Source: Candidatus Multivoradales bacterium (GTDB taxonomy: Bacteria; Acidobacteriota; Thermoanaerobaculia; Multivoradales; JAHEKO01). From it: a stretch of 64,000 nucleotides of DNA. The DNA lies in NCBI GenBank assembly GCA_965223155.1, contig CBDCVR010000013.1:928001-992000 (forward strand), written 5' to 3'. Numbering within the stretch: position 1 is the stretch's first letter; each line of letters begins with the position of its first letter. Shown one piece after another: positions 44,158-52,660 of this stretch. A program made the translations under genes and the position numbers. The notes below the pieces were generated by a model. That model had not been told where the DNA came from. It ran no database searches and saw only the letters and a list, made by a program, of their open reading frames with translations.

Positions 44158-45833
44158 TGGGCGTCGAAGCGGCGCACGAAGTCCGACTCACGCACCCCTC
44201 CTTTCGCCCGGATGACTGCCACCAGGTCGCGCTTGTCGATATCGGGCCAGCGGTCGACGCCCGGGACCACGCTTACCAGTGGCGCCCACCGACTCCAAGC
44301 GGAGCGCTCGGCCGCCGGCCAGCGCCGGCGAGAGCCGGCACCCAGCAGCTCTGCGGTCCGCTCAGCGCACTCGCGCAGACCCCGCTCCCGATCGGCACCG
44401 TAGCGCTCGGCCAGAAAGCGCCCGATAGCGAATCCGACCGCCTCGCGTGAGAAGCCGCTCAAGCTCTGCCGGCGCGGGCGGCCCAAGTCCAGGACCATCT
44501 CGGCCGACGCCAGGCGCGCCAGAGTGGCTCGGCTCGACCGGTAACTCGAGCGCCGAGCCAGCCGCCCAGTCTCTCGATCGGCAAGCTCTTGGACCTCCTG
44601 GTCCCGGGGGCGAAAGCCGAGCTTGTAGTAGAACCACCAGGCCCCGGAGTCGAGCGCCTCGGGATTCCCGTCGCCCAGTTGGTAGGTCTCGATGACGAAG
44701 CTGTCGGCGCCAAAGGTTTCCCGCACCATCGCCAGCCCGCGCCCGTAGACGTAAGCGGCCTCGGCGCCCCGAAACGTCGGGAAGACGTTGAACGCCACCA
44801 CCGCCGAGCGGAAGAGAGCGCTCGACAGGAAGTACCCGATCGGCATTCCGTTCTTGAGGATCAAGAAACCGTAGACCGCGTCCAGCATCTGCCGTCGATC
44901 CGGAACCATGCCGTAGCACGCGAACTGGAGTCCCCGGCCGCAATCCAGCAAACGAAGATCTCGCCGGTCGGCATGGATGAAGACATCCAGGTCGCGCTCC
45001 CGGGCGATCATCGCCGAGCGCGCGAGCGCCATGAGCCGGCGTCCTTCGGCACCGGTCGCGGCCCGTGCCGCCCGCGGCGGCCGGCGCACGGCCGAGGCGA
45101 AGGCCCGCCGCGAGGTCTCGAGCGGACCTTCCTGGTAGGCGATGTTCGCGCCCGGCCAGCGTGCCCGGCTGCGGCTAGGCGTCGTCGGCCCAGCCGCGAG
45201 CCGGAAGGGGATATCGACCTCCTCGAAGAGCCGCTCGCGCCAGACGGAACTACCCGGCATCGCCGCGAACCGCCGCACCAAGAACGATCCGTCGCTCTCG
45301 GTCTCGGCCTTGAGCCGATCCAGCCATTCCCGCACCGGCAAGGCGACTTCCTCGAGCGCCAGCGACTCCGAACTCGACATCAAGAGCGGCAGACGCCGCT
45401 CGAGAAGCTCGAGGGAGCGCTCGTCCGTGAACGCTTCCCAGTCGATCGACAACTCACCCGGCCAGCGCCGCGCCAGAAGCAGCGCCGTGTACCAGAAGAA
45501 CCGGTAGTCGATCGGAGTCCCGGCGATACCGCTATTGGCCAGCTCTTCCCGGAACCAGCCGAGATCGTCGCGGCCGGAAAAGCCGTCGAGCATCGACTCC
45601 ACCTGCCGCAGCATTTCCGCACTGTCGGGATACGCTCGAAGGAAGCACAGCACTTCGTGCAGGCGAGCGACCAGCCCGGCGCTGCCCAGCCGGCAGCCGG
45701 CGAGCGCTTCGAGCAGCCTCAGTTTGCTCGCTGCGGAGGTCCCGCCGTACGTGCGCGCCAGGCCCTCCAGCCGGCGCAGCCGGTCGGCTGCCGGGCGTGG
45801 CCCGAGGTGCTTCCGCTGCCCGGCGCCAGCCAT
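44103..45833 (-). CDS. Large hypothetical protein with a possible C-terminal GNAT-like segment
   Basis: LHEVLCFLRAYPD; LKNGMPIGY...FNVFPTFRG...GAWWFYYKLGFRP; ATG 45833 lies 10 nt after the NTPDase stop. Confidence 0.8.
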   Translation of the reverse strand: MAGAGQRKHLGPRPAADRLRRLEGLARTYGGTSAASKLRLLEALAGCRLGSAGLVARLHEVLCFLRAYPDSAEMLRQVESMLDGFSGRDDLGWFREELANSGIAGTPIDYRFFWYTALLLARRWPGELSIDWEAFTDERSLELLERRLPLLMSSSESLALEEVALPVREWLDRLKAETESDGSFLVRRFAAMPGSSVWRERLFEEVDIPFRLAAGPTTPSRSRARWPGANIAYQEGPLETSRRAFASAVRRPPRAARAATGAEGRRLMALARSAMIARERDLDVFIHADRRDLRLLDCGRGLQFACYGMVPDRRQMLDAVYGFLILKNGMPIGYFLSSALFRSAVVAFNVFPTFRGAEAAYVYGRGLAMVRETFGADSFVIETYQLGDGNPEALDSGAWWFYYKLGFRPRDQEVQELADRETGRLARRSSYRSSRATLARLASAEMVLDLGRPRRQSLSGFSREAVGFAIGRFLAERYGADRERGLRECAERTAELLGAGSRRRWPAAERSAWSRWAPLVSVVPGVDRWPDIDKRDLVAVIRAKGGVRESDFVRRFDAHHRLRRAVWSVSKRSADG

Positions 45834-45843
45834 CACCCAGCGG

Positions 45844-47166
45844 TCAACGGTCCCCGGCCAGCTCGAACAGCAGAGCGCCCAGGGTCCAACCCACTTTCCG
45901 GCCCTGGACCCGAAACGGCGCGTGCACGCGATCGCTGTCGGCAGGGAACCCGAAGACGTCCTCGAGCAAGGTCGCCGCATAGGCGGCACCGAAGCAATAG
46001 CGGGGCACGAACAGATTGTCGGCGACCTCGGGGTCTTCGGCGACCAGATCCTGCCAGCTGCCGGCGCAGAACTCCCGGCCTCTTTCGCTTAGCGCCTGCG
46101 AGTCGATCGCGCCGTCGAGGGCCAGAAAATCGGCCGTGTAGGCGTAGGCCGAGAACGCCAGGAAGTCGCCATAGAGAGGCGGTTGGTAGACACCGAAGAG
46201 CGTGCACGGCTCGTCCTCGCAAGGTTGGGCAAGCGCCTCCCGAATGGCCGTCCGGCAGTCATCGAAATCGCCGGTGCCGGTCCCCAACCCATCGACCGGG
46301 TAGCCGGCTGGAAAGCAGGCGTTCGAAGCCACCGCGTCTCGGGCCACGTCCTGGCCCAGTCCGAGATAGCTGTGCGAGTAGAGCGGGTAGGTCTTGCCCC
46401 CGATCCGAAGCTCCACCAACCCTTGCCGCGGCAGATCGAGAGGCACGAACGTAATCTGGGTCGAGCCTCCACCCAGGTCGAGCGCGCCGACCGTCGGAAA
46501 AGCTCCGCCGTGCTCCAGATGGCCCAACAAGTAGTTGACCGCGAGCCAGCCGAAGATTCCCTCCTCGGTACCGCTGATCACTCCGGCGGAGCTCGCGCCA
46601 AAGGGGCTCTCATCCAGAAGTCCGCTGACCGCGCCGAGGATGGCCGCTTGTTCGTCCTCGCCCAGCAAACGCAGGCCGGCGGTCGCCCGCAGATAGACCG
46701 ATGTCCGCGCATGCTCGCCCGCGGGCACGTTCGCGGCGGCGAACTGGAGCAGGGGCAAGAGCGAGCGCGCCGCTTCGTCGGCCCTGCCCGCGTAGGCAGA
46801 CAGGCCCGGACGCACCTTGGCTTCCCAGGGCTCGCCGCCGGGAGCGAGCGGATAGGGCGCCGGCTCGATCCTGGGTAGGAGCTTGCCGGGACGCCACTGG
46901 AAGATCTCGAGGCTCGATGCGCTACTCGAGGCGTCGATCACCAGCGCCCACCGCCATGGCTCCTCCTCTGTCTCCGAAAGCCCCGGCGTGACGACGCCCC
47001 AGTCCGCTGCCTCCGGCGCGGGACTTCCCGGCGCCGGACTCTCGGGCGCGGGCAGGCCCGAACAGCCGAACACCACGGCGGCCACCGCCAGCGCGGCTCC
47101 TAGCCGCGCCGGCAGCGCGAACGCGGCCGGCCCGGAACGGCCCTTCGGCCTCACGGTGCCGCCCAT
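45844..47166 (-). CDS. GDA1/CD39-family NTPDase (apyrase), probable lipoprotein
   Basis: ACR1-like IDASSSASS, ACR2 ATAGLR, ACR3 ISGTEEGIFGWLAVNYL, ACR4 DLGGGSTQ, ACR5 WTLG; lipobox VFGC. Start at 47166 or GTG 47154. Confidence 0.9.
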   Translation of the reverse strand: MGGTVRPKGRSGPAAFALPARLGAALAVAAVVFGCSGLPAPESPAPGSPAPEAADWGVVTPGLSETEEEPWRWALVIDASSSASSLEIFQWRPGKLLPRIEPAPYPLAPGGEPWEAKVRPGLSAYAGRADEAARSLLPLLQFAAANVPAGEHARTSVYLRATAGLRLLGEDEQAAILGAVSGLLDESPFGASSAGVISGTEEGIFGWLAVNYLLGHLEHGGAFPTVGALDLGGGSTQITFVPLDLPRQGLVELRIGGKTYPLYSHSYLGLGQDVARDAVASNACFPAGYPVDGLGTGTGDFDDCRTAIREALAQPCEDEPCTLFGVYQPPLYGDFLAFSAYAYTADFLALDGAIDSQALSERGREFCAGSWQDLVAEDPEVADNLFVPRYCFGAAYAATLLEDVFGFPADSDRVHAPFRVQGRKVGWTLGALLFELAGDR

Positions 47167-47185
47167 CCAGCTCGGCCCGCAAGGG

Positions 47186-47692
47186 CTAGACCCGGACGTA
47201 GCGGATCTCCATGGCCTTGAACTCGCCTTCCCCGACATCGAAGTAGGTCACCATCGAGTGGTGGTCGGCGTCCTCGAGAGTGATCACCGTGCGCTTGGTC
47301 ATTTCGTCTCCGGTTTGCGGATTCGGCATCTTCCCCACCATCGTCCAAACCGAGCCGGCCTCGTCGAGGTCGCCGGACTCGAACTGCATCATGGTGGAGG
47401 CTGTGTCGATCCAGAAGCCTTCGAACCGCTTGGTGACGTTGTTGTAACCCCAGTAACCGCGCCCTTCAAAGGCGCCAAACGGACCTTCGGCACCGTCCCC
47501 GGTGTAGGTCTGGCGCACGAACCGTCCACCCAGATCGGATTCGTTGACCATCGTGCCCGTCATCACCATGGGCTCGCCCGGACCCATCCACATCGAGACC
47601 TCGGCTCGAAACGTGCCGAGAAAAGGCTCGAGCCTGGCGTGCTCGGGAGTCGTGGCCGGCTCCGGGCCGTCCTGCTGCGATTCGTCGTCCAT
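47186..47692 (-). CDS. DUF1579-family protein
   Basis: PEHARLEPFLGTF, LGGRFV, FEGRGYWGYNN, FWIDTAST. Confidence 0.85.
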   Translation of the reverse strand: MDDESQQDGPEPATTPEHARLEPFLGTFRAEVSMWMGPGEPMVMTGTMVNESDLGGRFVRQTYTGDGAEGPFGAFEGRGYWGYNNVTKRFEGFWIDTASTMMQFESGDLDEAGSVWTMVGKMPNPQTGDEMTKRTVITLEDADHHSMVTYFDVGEGEFKAMEIRYVRV

Positions 47693-47909
47693 CCCAGTTC
47701 CTCCAGAATCCCTCAAGAAGCGCGTCCCCAGCGGTTCCTCGATGCGGTCTGCCCCGGTGAACGCGGGTGGCATTGTGCCATAGGGCCCGCCCCTCCACCC
47801 GACCCGCGCGGGTGGGCCGCCGAGGCTTGAAGATGCCGGCAGGCGGGAGCCCGCGGTATCGGTCGGCCGGACCCAGCCGCACCCGGCCCTACCCAGAGGA
47901 TCCGGCGCG

Positions 47910-50777
47910 CTAGCCCGTGTTGCGCATGCCGGCCGAGATCCCCACCAGGCTGACCTTGACCGCGTATTCCAGCGGCTCGCGGTCGAAGCCCTGGAGGGGC
48001 AAGGCGCGGAGCCTCTTCAGGAGCTCGACCTGCAAGTGCGAGATGGGATCCACGTAGGGATTGCGGAGCGCGATCGAGCGCGCCAGGGTCGGATCGCCGG
48101 CCAGGAGCTCATCCTCCGTAACCCGCCGCACCGCGGCCACCGTGCGATCGAATTCCTCGAGCACCAGGCCGCCGAGCCGCTCACGGATCTCGGGTTCCGG
48201 CACAAGGGTCAGGTAGCTCCGGAAGACCCCCATGTCCGCCTTGGCCAGGCTCATCTGGGCCAGCTCGATGAGAGAGCGAAAGAAGGCCCACTCCCCGTAC
48301 ATCGCGCGGGCCAGCTCGGGCGGAATCTCGCCCAGGCCGGTACCCAGACCGAACCAGCCGGGGAGATTCGCACGGCACTGGGTCCACGAGAACACCCAGG
48401 GAATCGCCCGCAGGTTGCTCAAGGATGGTTCTCCCGCGCGGCGGGCGGGCCGGGAACCGATCTCCAGCCGGCTGATCTCGTCGATGGGAGTCACCGCGTG
48501 GTAGAAGTCCAGGAACCCTTCCGCCTCCAGCAGATCCCGGTACCGCCGCTCGGCGGCGGCGGCGGCGCGGTCCACCGCTTGGCGATACTCGTCGGCAACT
48601 CGATGCTCGGTCGGCGCGGTCGGCTCGTTCGGTTGGGCGTCCCGGGCCGAGCTCAGCAGAAAGCCGCAGAGCACCTGCTCCAAGTGCCGGTGGGCGAGAT
48701 CCGGATCCGAGTAGCGGTCGTTGAGGGCTTCGCCCTGCTCGGTCATGCGCATGCGGCCGGCAATCGAACCGGGAGGCTGCGCCCGGATGGCGCGGCCGGC
48801 CGGGCCGCCTCCCCGGCCGATGGAGGTCCCGCGGCCGTGAAAGATCCTGAGCGGCACACCGGCTTCAGCGCACACGCGCGCCACCGCGTCTTGTGCCCGG
48901 TACAAGGCCCAGTTCGCGGCCAAGAAGCCGGCATCCTTGTTGGAATCCGAATAGCCGATCATGACCTCCTGGAGCCCACGCACGGTCACGTGCTCGCGGT
49001 ACGCGGGAAGACCGAACAAGGTCCTGAGAATCTCGGGCGCCCGGTCCAGATCCTGGGCGGTCTCGAAGAGCGGCGCCACGTCGACCTCGGTCAGACCGCC
49101 GGCACGCGCCACCAACAGAGCTTCGAGGACGTCGGAAGCGGCCTCGGCCATCGACACCACGTAGCTGCCCGTGGCGTCGGGACCGAGCACCGCTCGCACC
49201 CGGGCCAGAACCTCGCAGAACGCCAGGGCGTCCCGCGTGTCCGCCTCCAGCCGATCCCGCCAGGGTCCGGACTCGGCCGGCACGATCGGATCCGCCGCCA
49301 GCGTGGCCGCCAGGAGCTCCAGGCGCTGGGCTTCGGCGAGATCGGCATACCGGTCGGTCACGCCCCAAGCCCGGAAGAGATCGGCAACCGCGGTCTCGTG
49401 GCGGCGTGAATGCTCGCGCAGATCGAGCGCCGCCAAATGGCAGCCGAAGGCCGCCGCCCGCTGCCGGACGGGGCGCACGAACGCGGCCGCGGCGTGCTCG
49501 TGGCCGCTCGCCACCAGAGCCTCCTCCAGAAGCTCGAGCCGGCGCCGGTACCGGCCGGCCCAGTCCTCTCCCTCCGAGTCGGCTCGCTCGAGAGCGCCGT
49601 TCTCGAATCCGGTCTCCGAAGCCCGCCAAGGAGCCTCTCCGGCGGTACCCAGGCGCGCCCGCGCCGCCAGCAGATCCCGATGGGCCACGAACAAGTGCCG
49701 CCGGAACGGCTCCTCAGGGAAGCGCTCGGTGCCGCGACCCGTGGCAAACTCGCGCGCCACGCCGCGCTCGAGCTCGCCGAGCTCCTCCGACTCGGGCAAC
49801 CGCGCGCGCCAGTGCGACAGCCTCTGAACCAGCGAGTCCACGTCGGCCAGGTGGCGCTCGACCGCCAGCTCGGCTTGCAGCCGGTAGGTTTCTGCGGTGA
49901 CCTCGGGAGTCACGAACGGATTGCCGTCCCGATCGCCGCCGATCCAGGACCGGAAGCGCAGCACCGGAGGCCGCTCCGAGTCCCGGTCCCGGCCGGTCCG
50001 CTCGTTCGGGAAATACGTCTGAAGCGCGCGCTCCAGATCTCCCTGGACCCGCGGCACGGCAGCCAGGAGCGAGCGGCCGTAGTAGTAGGAGGCGGACTTC
50101 ACCTCGTCCAGAACGCGAGGCTTGCGCGCGGGTAGCTCGCGCGTGCGCCACAGCGTCGCCACCTCAGCCCGGATCTCGGCCTCGAGAGTGCGCCGATTCT
50201 GGGGTGCCAACTCGGTCTCGCGGAGACGCCGCAGCGAGCGCGCGATCCGTTCCAGCTTGAGCCGCACCGTATAGCGCTTGACCTCGGTCGGGTGGGCGGT
50301 GATCGTGAGTCCCAGGTCTAAGTCCCTGACGAAGGGCTCCAGCCGCTCGCGTGTCCAGCCCTGCTCCTTCAGCTCCTGGAGCGCCGCAGCAACGGTTTCA
50401 TCCCGAGGGGCGTCCTCGGACGCCTTGCCCTCTCGGGCGCGATTTACCCGTACCCGGTGGATCTCCTCGGCAACGTTGATGAGCTGAAACAGAGCTCCAA
50501 AGGCTCGGACCAGCCGCTCGGCCTCGGCCAGGCTCATCCCTTCGAGCAAGCCTTCCAGCTCGGCTCTGCGGGCCGTGTCGTCCGGTGTACCGCGAAGGGC
50601 CTTGGTCAGGCCGCGGACCCGCTCCACGAGCTCGAAGAACGCCTCGCCTTCGAGGTCTCGGAGCACGCGTCCCAGGGTCGACGCCAGAAAGTCCACGTCG
50701 CCACGAAGGGCGGCGAAGAGATCCTCGGCGCCGGCGCGGCCGAGCCGGGACGAGAGAGGCTCCGGGGAAGCGGCCAT
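47910..50777 (-). CDS. ppc: Phosphoenolpyruvate carboxylase
   Basis: TAHPTE, SWIGGDRDGNPFVT, QEVMIGYSDSNKDAG, FHGRGTSIGRGGGP, LRAIPWVFSWTQ, C-terminal MRNTG. Confidence 0.97.
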   Translation of the reverse strand: MAASPEPLSSRLGRAGAEDLFAALRGDVDFLASTLGRVLRDLEGEAFFELVERVRGLTKALRGTPDDTARRAELEGLLEGMSLAEAERLVRAFGALFQLINVAEEIHRVRVNRAREGKASEDAPRDETVAAALQELKEQGWTRERLEPFVRDLDLGLTITAHPTEVKRYTVRLKLERIARSLRRLRETELAPQNRRTLEAEIRAEVATLWRTRELPARKPRVLDEVKSASYYYGRSLLAAVPRVQGDLERALQTYFPNERTGRDRDSERPPVLRFRSWIGGDRDGNPFVTPEVTAETYRLQAELAVERHLADVDSLVQRLSHWRARLPESEELGELERGVAREFATGRGTERFPEEPFRRHLFVAHRDLLAARARLGTAGEAPWRASETGFENGALERADSEGEDWAGRYRRRLELLEEALVASGHEHAAAAFVRPVRQRAAAFGCHLAALDLREHSRRHETAVADLFRAWGVTDRYADLAEAQRLELLAATLAADPIVPAESGPWRDRLEADTRDALAFCEVLARVRAVLGPDATGSYVVSMAEAASDVLEALLVARAGGLTEVDVAPLFETAQDLDRAPEILRTLFGLPAYREHVTVRGLQEVMIGYSDSNKDAGFLAANWALYRAQDAVARVCAEAGVPLRIFHGRGTSIGRGGGPAGRAIRAQPPGSIAGRMRMTEQGEALNDRYSDPDLAHRHLEQVLCGFLLSSARDAQPNEPTAPTEHRVADEYRQAVDRAAAAAERRYRDLLEAEGFLDFYHAVTPIDEISRLEIGSRPARRAGEPSLSNLRAIPWVFSWTQCRANLPGWFGLGTGLGEIPPELARAMYGEWAFFRSLIELAQMSLAKADMGVFRSYLTLVPEPEIRERLGGLVLEEFDRTVAAVRRVTEDELLAGDPTLARSIALRNPYVDPISHLQVELLKRLRALPLQGFDREPLEYAVKVSLVGISAGMRNTG

Positions 50778-50837
50778 CGCGGCATTCTAGCGGCCGTCCC
50801 CGCCTCGACATTCCGAGACGGACCGTCCCGAACGAGC

Positions 50838-52439
50838 CTACTCCGAAGCGGCGACCCGGAACGGATCGGCGGCAAGCTCCCGGCCGATCTTGGTGTTTCG
50901 CCTGAGGATCCGGGCCAGCGTCTGACGCTCGACCCAGGCCACCCGGTCGGCGGAAAGCGCCCGCTGGTACCAGAAGCGATCTCCATCACGCAGGCGTTCG
51001 AACTGATCCCGCACGACGTGAAATGCCGTCTCACCCAGAAGCGCTCCCGGCACCGGGTCCTCGGCCAGCATCCCGACCCACAGATCCACCGCCTCGACGT
51101 CCTCGTAGGCCTCCGCCAGGCGTCGCCGGCGCTCGGCGTCGCGGCTTACGTCGGCGAAGTCTCGTGCCGCCGCCAATCCCAGGTGGCGCCGTGCCTCGTT
51201 GTAGGCGGGTAGGCCGTGATCCCGGCCGCGCTGGATGTTGAAAGCGGCGAGATCCAGGCCGGCTTGGCCGGGTGCGGCGAAGAGGAAGTTCCGAACGCCG
51301 TTGACGACCTGCGGATCGATCCGCTCGGCCCGGCGCGCCGCCAGTCCTCGTAGCAAGCTCTCGAGTCCCGAAGCCACCAGCACCTGAGGCGCGAAGAAGG
51401 CATCGCGGAGCTCGATCTCACCGCCGGCCGAGGCACTGCCGTCGGCCTCGATCCGCGCCAGCCGGGCCGGCAGCATGCTGTGGCCGAAGCGGTAGCAGGC
51501 GGTCGAGAAGACGTTGGCGATACCGGGCTCGACGGTGCGGTCGTAGCCGCCGTACTGCGCCAGGGCATCCGGCCCCAGGAGAGCCGGCAGGAACTCGCGG
51601 TAGGTGATCGCCTGGATCTGGGCCGCGACCAGCGCCCTCGCCATCTGATAGCGCTCCTCCGCGTCCAGACCGCCCGCCCGCCGAAGCCTCCGCACGATGC
51701 GATTGTGCTCACGCATGAAGACCGTGTGGAGGGCTGTCAGGATCACGTTCTCATTGGCCCGGACGTCACCGGCGAGAAACAGCTCCGGACTCCGGTCGGG
51801 TGCGTTGGCGAGGCCTTGGCGGTTGCGCGGCAAGAACGGCCCGGCCGGGCTCCGGCTGGTGCGCAAGAGGTCCCCGCGTCCGCCGCCCCGGCGCAGAGCA
51901 CGGGCCCGCTCCTCGTCCGAACCGTAGACGTGGGAGGCGTCGATCCAAGCGGTGATCTGGTTGACCTGCTGGCGGACTCCACGAACTCGGCGATGCACCG
52001 AGCGAACGAACGGTAACCTGACGTCGCCGGCGCCTTCCGGGTCGAAGACCGGGTCGCCCGCCGGCACCGGGATCGGGAACGACTCTCCGGGGTCGGCGGC
52101 TCCGGTCAACGAGATGTCGTGATCCAGGAACTGCCCCCAGGCCCACAGGAAGTGGCTGGCCTGATTCCGGTTGGGCCGAGGCCGACGCTGGTCCGAGCAC
52201 AAGTTGCTGACCGTTCGCGCCCCCGGCCGGTCCGCTCCCGCGGGGGCGGCGACACCATCCGGGTAGCTCGGAGGCAGGAGCCGCACGAGCACGGAGCCCG
52301 CGCTACCCCGCTTCGGATGGGCCAGATTGTTGCCTGTTCCGTCGAACGAGCGGATCTCTTGGGCGGCCGCTGGGATGGCAACGGCAACCCCGGAGACCAA
52401 GAGGGCCGATACGGGACGAATCGCGCGTCGCCAGCTCAC
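50838..52439 (-). CDS. Secreted animal-type haem peroxidase (peroxidase-cyclooxygenase superfamily)
   Basis: RSFDGTGNN, WGQFLDHD, GDVRANEN, RFGHS, NIQRGRDHGLP, RLRDGDRFWY; signal AAA|Q. Start set at GTG 52439 (TAGGCT box 6 nt upstream). Confidence 0.93.
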   Translation of the reverse strand: MSWRRAIRPVSALLVSGVAVAIPAAAQEIRSFDGTGNNLAHPKRGSAGSVLVRLLPPSYPDGVAAPAGADRPGARTVSNLCSDQRRPRPNRNQASHFLWAWGQFLDHDISLTGAADPGESFPIPVPAGDPVFDPEGAGDVRLPFVRSVHRRVRGVRQQVNQITAWIDASHVYGSDEERARALRRGGGRGDLLRTSRSPAGPFLPRNRQGLANAPDRSPELFLAGDVRANENVILTALHTVFMREHNRIVRRLRRAGGLDAEERYQMARALVAAQIQAITYREFLPALLGPDALAQYGGYDRTVEPGIANVFSTACYRFGHSMLPARLARIEADGSASAGGEIELRDAFFAPQVLVASGLESLLRGLAARRAERIDPQVVNGVRNFLFAAPGQAGLDLAAFNIQRGRDHGLPAYNEARRHLGLAAARDFADVSRDAERRRRLAEAYEDVEAVDLWVGMLAEDPVPGALLGETAFHVVRDQFERLRDGDRFWYQRALSADRVAWVERQTLARILRRNTKIGRELAADPFRVAASE

Positions 52440-52660
52440 CGGCAAAGCCTATCGCCACCGACACGCTTCCGGTACCGCCCGGGACCCTTGGCAACCACCT
52501 CGCCGGCGCCTGGGCGAGGCCGTGTCCAGCGGGACGGACCGCGGCACTTGCCCGAACAGCAATCGCTGTTCGAGGTGCAGGAGTCGCCCTTCTGGCCCAG
52601 GTCGCAACCGCCTCCGGAGTCGCAGCCATAGAGCTCGCAGATGCCTGCGTCGTCGTCGGC
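52436..52660 (-). pseudogene. Start-less ORF or gene remnant: matrixin-like C-terminal helix plus Cys-rich knottin-like module, in frame after the MBL stop codon
   Basis: Hand translation: ADDDAGICELYGCDSGGGCDLGQKGDSCTSNSDCCSGKCRGPSRW...DRLCR*; aligns with the S8 tail GGGCTLLPKGASCSSDSECCSGACKG. Confidence 0.7.
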
